In this document: positions 36,704 through 49,186 of the stretch, piece after piece
Layout: every line of letters begins with the position of its first letter
Position numbering within the stretch: the first letter of the stretch is position 1
From: Curvularia clavata
Taxonomy: Eukaryota
Direction of reading: 5' to 3'
DNA length: 64,000 nucleotides
Assembly (NCBI GenBank): GCA_023920165.1
Contig: CP089274.1
Location: forward strand, 3,844,001-3,908,000
Made by a program: the position numbers and the translations under genes
Notes under the pieces: generated by a model
Database searches by the model: none
The model's input: the letters and a program-made list of their open reading frames with translations, nothing else
Told to the model about the DNA's origin: nothing

Positions 36704-36974
36704 TGTAACGGCGCGAGCAAGACTAGTCGAATCGGTTCCGGTGGGAAGTGTCACTCAAATGCATATGGAAGTGCGTGGGACAGCAGAAACACCTTGGATT
36801 CGGTAGACACTCATAGGCCTGGTACGAAAGGATATCAAAAATCTACCGAACATCTATGGAAGGTACCTGGTACTTATACCTGGGTGCGGGTCTTCATCGG
36901 GTCTGACCCGGCTCTCAATCGGATCTTGATAAGCTGCCCTGGCTGGGGTATGTTTTGGTCTATGCATGGTTACA
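36704..36974 (-). repeat. 5' LTR of B1
   Basis: Same sequence as 29779-30049; followed by TSD TCAGT. Confidence 0.93.
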
Positions 36975-39900
36975 TCAGTCTATAATAATTTTTATCCCTA
37001 TAATATCTAGCCTTCTACTAAGAGCGTCTACTCTACTATTATCTTTTCCTAGTATGTATACGATCTTAAATTTATATTGCCCAAGCAGCTCAGCCCATCA
37101 GATTTATTAGCGGTTAAGGACTTTAGTAGTAGTAAAATAGGTCAAGTTCTTATAATCCGTGTATATAGTAAGTTCTAAGCAGCTATATACGTAGACTCTC
37201 CAGTATTATATACAGGCTACTATAGCTAGTAGTTCTTTGTCATATACGTCGTATCGTTCTTCTAGTCCTAAGAGCTTCCTTGAGTAGTATACTATTAGAT
37301 GCCATTTACTATCAATATAGATACTAGCGCATCCTTCTAGAACTAGATCCAATACGTTAGTTTTAAATTTCAGTAGTACTCCTAGAATAAATATCCTGAA
37401 GTATAGTAATATAGTACATACTTTCTTAATTATTTTAAAGGCGTTATCTACCTTTTCATCCCAATTCTATAGGGTATCTTTTCTCGTAAACTATATCATT
37501 GGTATTACAATTTTCAAGTAATCTTTAATAAATTCTCAGTTAAAGTTCGCAAATTCTAAGAATAACTAAATATCCATAACTAACTTTAGTATCAGCCAAT
37601 TCTTAATAATTTTAATTTTTTCTTCACTTATTTATACTCCATTAGTCCCTACTATATAGCCTAAGAAGTTGACCTTAGTCTTATAAAATTCACACTTCTT
37701 TAGCTTAAGTCGAAGACTGTACTTATCTAGAGCTTTAAGCACCTTTCTAACGTACTTAGTATATTATTCTTCATCCTTAGAGTAGATTAGGATATCATCT
37801 AGATAGACGATAACGAATATATTTAGATAGAGTCTAAGTACATTATTAATAAGTTCTTAAAATATAGCTAGGGCGTTCATTAGCCCAAACAGCATAACTG
37901 TGTATTCGTAGTGTCCATATCGTATTTAGAAAGCCATTTTCTATTCTTCACCTTTCTTAATTCTAATAAGATAGTATCTATCTTATAGATCTAATACTAT
38001 AAAGATCTCTACTTAAGATAGTCAATCCCTAAGTTCTCTAATGTTTAGTAGTAGATATCAATTCTTAACTATAATATTATTAAGTTGTCTATAGTCAACG
38101 TATAGTTAATCTATTCCGTCCTTCTTTAGTACGAATATAATAGAGTATCCCACTAGAAATTTCGACAGTCATATATAGCCTTTCACTAGTAACTTATCTA
38201 TATACTCTCATAGTACTATAAGTTCTCATTCCAATAGTTAATAAATTAGGCCAAAAGTCGGTTACTTTCCTTCCTATAGGACTATTTTATAGTCCTAGAG
38301 TTAGTGCTTTAGTAACGCTTATTCATCTACCACTTCCTAAAATAGATACTCAAATTCTCTATATTATTTAGAGATTTCCGGAGTTGCGTCCTTCTCCTTT
38401 CCTCTAGCTTTATAGTCCGCTAGCCTAGTTTTAGTATCTACTAAGTTTAGCTTCCTACTCTAGGAACTACCTTTCGAGTACGCTCGTTTCTCTACGTTAT
38501 TACACTATTTAGCAATATTACTCTTATCTACCATTAAACTCTACTAATACGTAGGCTGGCTTGCGGTTACGCTTAGTCCGCAGCACTCAAATTTAAACAC
38601 TTTCAACTTCCAGTCAATCCGCGGGTTATATTCTCGTAGCTATAGAAGTCCTAAAATAATATCGTAGATAGCTAGTCTAAGGATTAGGCATTAGTTCGCC
38701 GCTAGCGACATATAGTAGGTATAGCTCTTATTTCCACTATACTTTAAGTCCGGCTTATTATACTGCGTGCGCTGAAACGTAGTTTACCTAGAATTCTAAG
38801 TCTACTAATGCCTATATCTATATTCTATTAAGCTTTACTATAAGCTTAATCAATCCTAGAGAGTTTACTAAGTTAATTTCTCTAAAAAGGCCCTGCCTTC
38901 ATAGCGTCGGCCTAAAAAAGGTTATTCTTTTATAAATCTGTTGTAGATCTTTTCTATTTTATACTTTTAGCATTCTCCTATAAGATAGGTGTGCTATAAA
39001 GGCTAGTTGCATGCTTGCTATTCACTATACTTAGTTTGTATAGTGCGGGTTAACTGCATATCTACTACTTCCTTTAGACTACTTCTCTCTAGAAAGTATA
39101 TCGCTGTGCGTTTATCCTATAGATGTCTTACGCATTCTACATTAGTATATTCTAACCATATCTAGTTACATTTAGAGTATCTAGGAATATTAGTTAGATT
39201 CCAGTCAGATCCTTGTTTAGCTTGCCAATATATTAGGTAGAAGTTATAGACGCAACCTGTCCAGTAGATCCACACATACTTGTAGTTATTTGCGTAGTAC
39301 TAATAGAGACTAAGTTAGTACTAATTATTACGTATCCAGTCTGCTTATGCCTTCTTAGCCTATTAAGGTGTCGTTATAGAGTTCTCTTTCTAGAATATCT
39401 TCTTATCTTCGGGGAACTCCGTGTTTTCTTATAGTCGTTGGATATTAGCCGTAATATACGTGTAGTCTGGTAGTTTCTAATTAGTTATAATAGAAAAAAA
39501 GTTAATATCTAATCTAAAATTCTATATATCTTTATATATATAAAGAAATATATTAGGCTTATTATAATTATATCTGTGAAGGGGTTAATTCAAGAGTTAT
39601 TATAGTACGTTGGTCTGTAGTTCTATATATTTTGGGTCATCCCTTACGTGTGGAATTTCTAGTGAGGCGCTGTTATGGCGTAGAGTAGCTAGTTGGTGTT
39701 TCTTCTTAAACTTAGCCATCTTCTTATATTTAGTCTTGTGCGTAGGAGTTTCTTCTTTTTCGCTAGATATTTTATACTTTTTATCGCTACTTAGTTTAGT
39801 TTTAGTAGTGTTCTTAGATGTGGTAAACGTGACATTCTCTAGTCTACTAATAAGTTCCTCGTCGTCTAGGTAATATTAGATCTTAGCTAGGGTGATAATA

Positions 39901-40356
39901 TTCTATCTTTTATTATTATCTAATTCTAATTTCCTGCGTAATACGTTGAGTTGTTATTTAATCTTATTAGTATCTTTACTTCGATAGTCTCGTACCATAT
40001 AGCCTTCCTTACCACAGACGTAGTAGTTAAACTTCTTCTTACCCTTAGATAGTTTTTTGTTAAACTTAGTAGACCCGTTGCCTTTATTAATATTGTTAAA
40101 GTGTATTAGTTCCGCACTATATCTATAATAGGCTCCTAGGGTTCTAGACGCGTAGTTTTGCTGTCGACCTTCGTTCGGGTAAGCACGTCGATAGCTGTAC
40201 TTCTTAGGTCGTTCGTTCGTGTATCTCTAGCTGCGCGTTCCCTTACTAAATAGTCGTTCTTCTAATGAGAGTTCGTAGAGTTTGTTATCCAGTCGAATAG
40301 ATTCTTTAATAAGTTTTTCTAATATACTAATACTAGCTCTACTTCGTATAAGTTCC

Positions 40357-40782
40357 TGTTAAGAGTATGATCTTGAGTGGAAGTAATATAAGACTTCTGG
40401 TGTCAAGATCTTTTTAGGTTAGTTTTTGCGGATGAAGCAATAGTGTGTTATAAATGGGGTTCTATAGTAACTATTGTATTATAGGTACTATACTCGTAAC
40501 TTAAGTTAAATATATTAAGCTATAAAGGCTTAATACCTATTTCTATATACTTATAGTGCTTGCAACCCTTGGTTAGAGGAGTCTGAGTAACTCTTGGTAG
40601 CTTATATACAAGGAGTATTCCTCTGTAGCTTATGCACGAGGAGTCTGCCAAGACCCTTCTTTAGATATGCGCCACTAAAGAGGTTATATGATGCGTGCCC
40701 CTGCGTTATATATAGCTAGGTTGACTGGTCGTCAATGCTTCTTAACTTAACCGCTATGCTTTTTTCTTCTAGGTTCGTAATA
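40357..40782 (-). repeat. 3' LTR of C3 (U3 type 3)
   Basis: Shared first ~190 bp, then a unique segment; ends ttcgtaata, followed by the PPT complement. Confidence 0.83.
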
Positions 40783-40837
40783 CTATCCTTCTTCTCTCTA
40801 AGCTTGTCCTTAAGCTTTTCTTTATATCTAGCTAATA

Positions 40838-41350
40838 ATGTCTGTCTTTAGGTCTAAAGAATATTTTCGTCTTGCTTTTGAGATTTGTCGTAATGGTCTC
40901 CCTATATCTGTCTCCTGCGATTATTGTTTTGCGAACAACCGTCAGTGCGTTGCGATGCCCGAAGTTGATGGTAAGCGTTTGAAGTACTCTGAGTGCACTC
41001 GTCTGGGTTACCTATGTGTTAATATGTCGTGGGTGTCATTAGATAAGACTTATAAAGAGTATTAAAAGAAAGTAGATAAAGATAAGTAATTATTAGCTTA
41101 AGTGATTTCGCAGTTGATACGAAATAAGAAGATTCTGAAGTAGGCTGAAGAACGTGCTACGAAGAAGACTATATATTTAGCAAATTCCTTACGCGAAGAT
41201 AGTGATAATATAGATACGCAAGAGTCCCTAAACTGCCCCGCGGCCGACGCGTTAGTAGGGTTCTCGCCTATTATGTAGAGTACTTTGGGTTCTCTAGACG
41301 CCCTGGCGTCGTTTTTGAATCCTGGCGATATTTCTGTTTTTTCTTCCTGA
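40838..41350 (+). pseudogene. RIP-mutated antisense Zn(II)2Cys6 + coiled-coil gene of C3
   Basis: MSVFRSKEYFRLAFEICRNG..CDYCFANNRQC-x12-[Y]SECTRLGYLC; the frame continues through RIP-type stops (from CAA/CAG/TGG) to TGA at 41348-41350. Confidence 0.8.
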
Positions 41351-44300
41351 TAGTGAGTTCTTTTTATAGTTTCGTAGTGTCTTTTAATAATTGCTAAGAT
41401 TATCTTTTAGTTTCTATGTATTTTCGCTGTTGTCGTATTCTAACTATTTAACTAGGTACTCAGTTTTGTTGCGCGTGGTTTGGTGTGCTAGGATTTTCTC
41501 GACTTCGAATTCGTCTTCTTTTTCTGGTTTAAAATGGAATGTTTTTTTGTAATGGCGTTTTGGGGTCTGCAGGTTTTAGTAGCTTAATATGAAATCTTAG
41601 GTATATCTTTGTATCTAGTGGTAGATCAAGTGTATAGGTGACTGGTCTGTTCTAGGCTTTGATTAAAAATGGCCCGATATAAATGTTGTCTAATCCCTTG
41701 TTTGGTCGTGTCGTGCGAAGGTTCTTTATAAGTAGATATACTTTATTCTTTTTTTTTAGCTAAGATGCTATTTTTCTTTTCTAATTAATATATAAGATAC
41801 TTTAGCGTTAAGCCTTCTTAAATAATTCTTGTAGTTCTTCGTATATTTTTTTCATTTCTTTAGCCGTGGCGATGGCTACTTCTGTTTTTAAACTTGGTAA
41901 CGTTCTAGTAAAGAGATTCGGGTATCTTCCGTGGTTTGCGTAAAATAGTGTTTGTTTCGTAGATTTTAATAATTTGTTATTATATACTAGTTGTGCTATA
42001 GGTAGTAATTATATCTAATTATTTTGCTAATAGTTGGCGTATATTCGTAGGTATGTTTTTATTATATAGTTTGTTCTTTCCGTTTATCTATTAGTTTTAA
42101 GGTGGTATACTATAGATAGTTTTCACTTAGTACCTATTTCTACTTAGAGTGTAGTCTAGAAGTTAGATATAAAGAGCTTGTCTCTATTGCTAATAATTAA
42201 TTTTGGTATTCTGTATCGTCTGATAATAACGTCTAAGAAGATATGCGCTAGTTTAACTATATTATAGTTTTTTGTAAATTTCCTAAATTCTGCGTATTTC
42301 GTGAATCTATTAATAATAACTAGTATCGTGTTATAGATTGCACTAGTAACAGGGTCTGTTGATAGTGGTAATTCTGTAACGAAGTCTATAGAGATGTCTG
42401 CCTAAGGGGTGTTTAGTAGTTCTAGTGCTTATATTTCTCTGTATGGTGTGTGTGTGCTATGCTTATTTTTCTAATAGTGTTCGCATTTAGCGATAAAGGC
42501 TGCGACTTTTTTTTTTATTTTACTGAATTCGAAGTTTTTTTGAATTAGTTCTATTATTCTGGCGATTCTAGGATGTCTGTGTATGAGGTCGTTGTGATAT
42601 TACTAAATAATTACTTTCTGTTAGTTTTTAGATATATCGTTTCTAATTATTATAAGTAGGTTGAGCTTATATGCTAGACTTAGTGTTCTATTCTTATTTA
42701 TCTATAGTATTAGTTAGTTTATAATAATTTTTATCTTTATAATATCTAGCCTTCTACTAAAAGTGTCTACTCTACTATTATCCTTTTCTAGTATATATAT
42801 GATTTTGAATTTGTATTGCCTAAGCAGCTTAGCCTATTGGGTCTGTTGGCGGTTAAGAATTTTAGTAGTAGTAAAGTAGGTTAAGTTCTTATAATCTATA
42901 TATATAGTAAGTTCTAAGTAGCTATATATATAGACTCTCTAGTATTATATATAGGCTACTATAGCTAGTAGTTCTTTGTCGTGTACGTTATATTGTTCTT
43001 CTAGTCCTAAGAGCTTCCTTAAGTAGTATGCTATTAGATACTATTTGCTATTAATATAGATGCTGGCGCATCTTTCTAGAGCTAGGTCTAATACGTTAGT
43101 TTTAAATTTTAGTAGTACTTCTAAAATAAATATTCTGAAGTATAGTAGTATAGTGTATACTTTTTTAATTATCTTAAAAGCGTTATCTATCTTTTCATCC
43201 CAATTCTATAGGGTATTTTTTCTTATAAGCCGTATTATTAGTGTTATGATCTTTAAATAATTTTTAATAAATTCTTAGTTAAAATTTATAAATTCTAAAA
43301 ATAACTAAATATCTGTAACTAACTTTAGTATTAGCTAATTCTTAATAATCTTAATTTTTTCTTTACTTATTTATACTCTATTAGTCCCTACTATATAGTT
43401 TAAGAAGTTAACCTTAGTCTTATAAAATTCATACTTCTTTAGCTTAAGTTGAAGACTATACTCGTCTAGGGCTTTTAGTATCTTTCTAACATACTTAGTA
43501 TATTATTCTTTGTTCTTAGAATAGATTAGGATATTATTTAGGTAGATAATAATAAATATATCTAGATAGGGTTTAAGTACGTTATTAATAAGTTTTTAAA
43601 ATATAGCTAGGGCGTTTATTAGCCTAAATAGCATAACTATATATTCGTAGTGTCTATATTATATTTAGAAAGCTATTTTCTATTCTTTACCTTTCTTAAT
43701 TCTAATAAGATAGTATCTATCTTATAGATCTAATACTATAAAGATCTCTACTTAAGATAGTTAATCCCTAAGTTCTCTAATATTTAGTAGTAGGTATTGA
43801 TTTTTAACTATAATATTGTTAAATTGTCTATAGTCGATATATAGTTAATCTATTCCGTCCTTCTTTAGTATAAATATAATAGGGTATCCTACTAGAGATT
43901 TTGATAATTGTATATAGCCTTTCGCTAGTAACTTATCTATATACTCTTATAGTACTGTAAGTTCTTATTCTAATAGTTGGTAAATTAGGCTAAAAGTTGG
44001 TTGCTTTCCTTCCTATAGGACTATTTTATAGTCTTAGGGTTAATACTTTAGTAACGCTTATTTATTTACTATCTTCTAAAATAGATACTCGAATTCTCTA
44101 TATTATTTAGAGATTTCTAGAGTTGCGCCTTTTTCCTTTCTTCTAGCTTTGTAGTCTGCTAGCCTAGTTTTAGTACCTACTAAGTTTAGCTTCCTACTCT
44201 AGGAACTACTTTTCGAGTACGCTCATTTTTCTGCGTTATTATACTATTTAGTAATATTATTCTTATTTACTATTGAACTCTGCTAATATGTAGGCTGGCT

Positions 44301-46799
44301 TATGGTTACGTCTAGTCCGCAGCACTTGAATTTAAACACTTTTGACTTTTAGTTAATCTATAGATTATATTCTTATAGCTATAGAAGTCCTAAAATAATA
44401 TTATAGATAACTAGTCTAAGGACGTCTAGGTCTATTTCCTCTTTATACTCTTAGATGCTAAGTATTATTTATCTAATCTCGTCTATAATTCTATTTTCTT
44501 TAGATATTAGTTCGCCGCTAGCGATATATAGTAGGTATAGCTTTTATTTCTACTATACTTTAAGTCTAGCTCGTTGTACTGCGTGCGCTAAAACGTAGTT
44601 TACTTGTAATTCTAAGTCTACTAATACCTATATCTGTATTCTGTTAAGCTTTACTATAAGCTTAATTAATTTTAGAAAGTTTACTAAGTTAATTTTTCTA
44701 GAGGGGCCCTATCTTTATAGCGCTAGTCTAAAAAAGTCTATAATTTCTTTATAAATTTGTTGTGGAGTTTCTCTACTTTGTGTTTCTTGTATTCGTCTGA
44801 GAGACAAGTATGCTATAAGGGTTAGTTGTATGCTTATTATATATTACTCTTGCTTTAAATAATACGAGTAGTTTGCATATCTACTACTTCTTTTAGGCTA
44901 TCTCTTCTAGGGAAGTGTATTGCAGTACGCTTATTCTATAGGTGCCTCGCGCATTCTATATTAGTATACTCTAACTATATCTAGCTATATTTAGGGTATC
45001 TAGGAATATTAGTTAGATTCTAGTTAGATCCTTGCTTAGCTTACTAATATATTAGGTAGAAGTTATAGATATAATCTATTTAGTAGATCTACGCGTGCTT
45101 ATAGTTATTTGCGTGATACTAATAAAGATTTAGTTGGTACTAATTATTGCGTGTCTAGTTAGCTTATGCCTTTTTAGCCTATTAAGATATTATTGTAGAG
45201 TTTTTTTTATCTTTAGGGAACTCTATGTTTCCTTATAGTTGTTGGATGTTAGCTGTAATATGCGTGTAGTCTAGTAGTTTCTAATTGGTTATAATAGAAA
45301 AGAAGTTAATATCTAATCTGAGATTCTATATATTTTTATATATATAAAGAAGTACGTTAGGCTCATTATAATTATATCTATAAAAGGGTTAACTTAAGAG
45401 TTGTTGTAGTATATTAGTCTATAGTTCTATATATTTTAGATTATCCCTTGCGTATAGAATTTCTGGTGAGGCGCTGTCGTAGCGCGGAGTAGCTAGTTAG
45501 TGTTTTTTTTTAAACTTGGCTATTTTTTTATATTTAGTCTTGTGCGTAGGAGTTTCTTCTTTCTTGCTAGGTATTTTATACCTCTTATCGCTACTTAATT
45601 TAGCTTTAGTGGTGTCCTTAGACGTGGTAAGCGTGACATTCTCTAGTCTGCTAATAAGTCCTTTGTTGTCTGGGTGATATTAGATTTTAGCTAGGGTGAT
45701 AACGTTCTATCTCTTATTGTTATCTAATTCTGATTTTCTGCGTAGCATATTGAGCTGTTGCTTGACCTTATTGGTGTCTTTGCTTTTATAGTCTCGTGCT
45801 ATATGGCCTTCTTTACTACAGGCGTAGTAGTTAAATTTCTTCTTGCCCTTAAATAGTTTCTTGTTGAACTTGCTAGGCCTGTTGCTTTTGTTAATATTGT
45901 TGAGGTATATTGGTTTAGTACTATATCCTTAGTAGGCTTCTAGGGTTCTAGGCGTGTAGCTTTGCTGTTTACTCTAGTTTGGGTATAAACGTTGGTGTTG
46001 CTATTGTTAAGGCCGATCGTTCTTCTCTGTATGTCGCGTTCTCTGTCTATAGCGTTGTTCTTCTAAAACTAGTTTGTAAAGTTTGTTGTCTAGTTGTATG
46101 GCTTCTTTCTAAAGCGTTGTAAGGGTTGTGACTTCGGCTCTAGTACGTATAAGCTTAGTGCGTATGGTAGGTTTGAGGCCTTGCTTATATATATGTATGA
46201 GCGCGTGGTCGTTCTATTTGAGTTTGGCGGCATACTGCTAGAATAGTGTAGTATAGTTGGTAGTAGACTGCGTCTGGCGTAAGCCCTAGATCTTCTACTC
46301 TACTAGAGTGGTCTTCTTAAAGGGTGAGAAGTTCTGCTGTAATTCTTTCTTAAAGGTGTTCTAATTCTTAATTAAAGTGGTATTAGTAGTATTTATAATA
46401 GAATCGTCTATATAATGTTAGATAATTAGAGTAGTTTATTTTTTAGCGTTATCTCTAAAATAAGTAGTGGCTAGGATAGTCTTATTGTTATCTTTAATCT
46501 GATTTCTTTTGATGTAGAAGTAACGGTTAATCTGGAGGATCTAAGCTTTAAGCTTGTTACGGTCGCCGTAGTATAGGTTAGGCTTGTTGTCGTGTATTTG
46601 GGTTCCTCTGGTCTAGGAAGCGTTGGGTGTGTCTATAGTAATGTCGCTTATTGTGAGGATGTTTAAAGTGTTAAGAGTATGATTTCGAGTGGAAGTAATA
46701 TAAGACTTCTGGTGTTAAGATCTTCTTGGGTTGGTTTTTGCGGATAAAGTAATAATGTGTTATGAACGGGGTTCTGCAGTAACTATTGTATTATAGGTA

Positions 46800-48654
46800 A
46801 CGTGTTGGATAAGCGAGTGAGCCAGGCAAGCGAGTGAGCCACCTCACCAACTTCGCGCATCTATACAAGCGTGTAGCTCCACTATAGTATAATAATATAG
46901 ATATATATTAATATAGCAGATTAAGCAGTATCTATAGTATTGTTTTTACACGTACGCGAATTATGGCTAGTCTCTCTACACCTGCTACAGCGCGTAAGAG
47001 CCTGGCGGCTGATATCTGATCGCTCTCCTCCCTGATGCTCTTCATGAGCAATTTGCTTATTAGCCTCGCGTTGAGCGATAATATCCTCGCTAGCTCTTTT
47101 TGTAAGCACTCCTTACTTCTATATCCGCTTTCTTTTACGCTCTCTACGCTTTAACGCTGCTTTATTAGCTCTCTTAAGGTTGGCGATCTGCTCGCGCATT
47201 AGCTTAGCTGAGAGTATTATTATCTCTGCCCCCTTCTTAAGCTGGCTAATCGCCGTAATAATCGACGCTGGTGATAAGCTTTTGTGCCGTCGAACACGAT
47301 TACTTATTAGCGTTGATTGAGCTTTAAGCTCGCGTACGTTGTCTAGCGTATAGGCCTGCTAGAGAGCTTCTGCGAGAGCAGCTGGAGGAGTAGGCGTACG
47401 TAGCTGCACGTCAAGCTTTGATAGAACAGTGTCTGGCTAGAGAGGAATAAGGCCTGCACCTCGAAAAGCTAAGTAGATATTGGCTGACGTAAATGATTGA
47501 TTAAAGGCTGCCTTAAATGCTGGCAGAAACTCGAGCTTGGTGATGTGGTTGATGTGGTTGCGTATTAGGCTCTCTATCTCACGGCTATACGCACGCTTCA
47601 ATGGCGAGAAGCAGCTAATGTTAAGAGACTGGAGTAGGTGAGACGAGTAAGGCGGCATATAGAGCGTATAGATATTGTTCTCCTTGTAGAGCTCTTGGAA
47701 CTCAAGTGACTGGTGGCTTTTATGGCTGTTAAGAATAAGCAGCCGGCGTGCTCTAACAACCTTGCCATCTGTATGCTTAATAAAGTGCTTTAGCTACTTA
47801 ACTCCTAGCTCGTTGGTCGTCCAGCCGTTATCGCTGACTGCGATCGCCCAGTCGCGTGGGATCTCTGCCTCCTCGTACTAAGTAGATAGGTGATACTTGC
47901 TAGTAAAGATTAGAAACGGCGGGATAGACTAGCTGGCTGCGTTAATTCTAGCGATAAATGTCACCCACTCGCGACTACCTGGCTGGATAGCCTTTGGCCG
48001 AGCTCTTCTTTCTAACGCTGTAATGACAAGCTGAGTAGTAATCTTGTCTATTAAGAAGCCAGCTTCGTCGAAGTTGTAGACGTCCTTGTCGCAGATACTG
48101 TACTTAGCCTTTGTCTGCTCTACAAGCTTAAACTAGCTCTTAATTAAGACTAGATCTTTATATAGAGCTCTCTGTCTATTATACGCCCGATTAAAGCGCG
48201 TTGTAAGACTGTCTGTACGCTTGACAAAGTTAGCTGGCCACTTCTGCCTAACCTGGCTAGCGCCGCGCGCAGCTAGTAGCTTATCAGCTATATCGTGTAC
48301 AGCAGCGTATATGGGCGTAAATCCACGTGAATCGAGATTGAGTATATGATTAACTATCACCTTCTCTTCTAGCTTAGTTAGCTTCTTTGAGTTGGGCTGA
48401 CAATCGCGTCGGGCAGGGTAACCAGCGCGTCGGCGGTGGAGTGTAGCTCGCGAGATATTGAACGTCTTAGTAGCGCATCTTTTAATTTTAATTTGCTTTA
48501 TATTAAGAGCTGAAATTACAAGATATATATCAGTCTTATAAGAGACCTTAGAAGCTTGTTAGGGGGACGCCATAGTTGATTGAAGTTGAGGCGTTGTGGA
48601 AAGTTGGTGAGGTGGCTCACTCGCTTGCCTGGCTCACTCGCTTATCCAACACGT
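46800..48654 (-). mobile_element. pogo/Fot1-like DNA transposon, full length, moderately RIP-mutated
   Basis: Perfect ~55-bp TIRs (acgtgttggataagcgagtgagccaggcaagcgagtgagccacctcaccaactt); TA duplication at 46798-46799 and 48655-48656. Confidence 0.93.
46921..48573 (-). pseudogene. pogo/Fot1 DDE transposase with RIP stops
   Basis: YNFDEAGF, GWTTNELG, MPPYSSHLLQSLNISCFSPLK, CSRCRETSHNSRTC; ORF fragmented. Confidence 0.88.
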
Positions 48655-49029
48655 TACTGTACTCGTAACTTAAGTTGAATATATTGAGCTATAAGGGTTC
48701 GATGCCTACTGCTATATACTAAGTGAGTGTTCTATGTCCTATACTATCCTATAATGTTTTGCGTTATTCTATACATAGGATATTGTGGGATTGTATAGGA
48801 TTCTGTGGGACACACGTGATATGTCCTATAGTGGCGTTCCGTTAAGCATGTAGGACGTGTGATTACTCATGCGTCATTGGCTGGTAACATGGTTCTCTTT
48901 CAAAGAGGTCCCGACATGGGCTTCATCCTTCTTTCATCCCATATCTTGCGCTGTTCCCCTCTGTCAGGTTCGTAACATGGTGGGGCGTGAGCCACTCGGT
49001 TGGGTAAGCCGCTCGCTTGTGAACCACGT

Positions 49030-49186
49030 TATAAGAATAGATTAGATTTTATTATTATACTTATTATAGTTAACTTATTAAGTATTCTTTTATAAGTTGT
49101 TTTATATACAGATTAATACTTAGTTATTCTATTTTCTAATAGAATTAGTTTTATCTATTTTTTATTATTCCCTACTACTAAATTGC
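49030..49186 (+). mobile_element. Continuation of the D-related LTR that starts at 21522 (RIP-mutated), cut by B2
   Basis: tataagaatagattagatttttattattatac... aligns with D LTR tataagaatgtgttggatttcattattacac... Confidence 0.75.

Larger units (their letters stand above)
29779..36974 (-). mobile_element. Intact Ty3/gypsy chromovirus family B, copy B1
   Basis: 271-bp LTRs 29779-30049 and 36704-36974 identical by eye; TSD TCAGT (29774-29778, 36975-36979); PPT complement ttaccccccct; open gag and pol. Confidence 0.95.
27296..40356 (-). mobile_element. Chromovirus family C, copy C2 (RIP-mutated; interrupted by B1; 5' end cut by C3)
   Basis: 3' LTR 27296-27718; integrase remnant (WIDISMDFVTGLP, ISNRDKLFISNFW, STAYYPETNGQIER); RT/RNaseH remnants after 36975; gag remnant up to 40356. 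Confidence 0.85.
40357..46668 (-). mobile_element. Chromovirus family C, copy C3 3' part, continuous with a gag region ending at the C1-type 5' LTR (RIP-mutated)
   Basis: 3' LTR 40357-40782; pol and gag remnants collinear with C2; no C3-type 5' LTR present. Confidence 0.82.
23573..48977 (-). mobile_element. Ty3/gypsy chromovirus family C, copy C1 (RIP-mutated, heavily nested)
   Basis: Matching LTRs 23573-24024 and 46669-48977; 5-bp TSD TGGTG at 23568-23572 and 48978-48982; polypurine tract next to the left LTR; chromodomain/integrase remnants at 24640-25304. Confidence 0.85.
46669..48977 (-). repeat. 5' LTR of C1, interrupted by a pogo element at 46800-48654
   Basis: 46669-46799 plus 48655-48977 rebuild an LTR matching 23573-24024; followed by TSD TGGTG. 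Confidence 0.87.
21773..49029 (-). mobile_element. pogo/Fot1-like transposon A (~1.85 kb of its own sequence) with a 25.4-kb insertion in its right TIR
   Basis: Left TIR acgtggttcacaagcgagcggctcacccaaccgagcggctcacgcccc; right TIR split into ~23550-23572 and 48978-49029; TA duplication at 21771-21772 and 49030-49031. Confidence 0.88.

Noticed and set aside
37000..46600. AT-rich block as a centromere, and its short ORFs (39610, 43060) as genes
   Set aside because: AT richness is explained by RIP of family C; centromere identity cannot be read from sequence; the ORFs are antisense noise.
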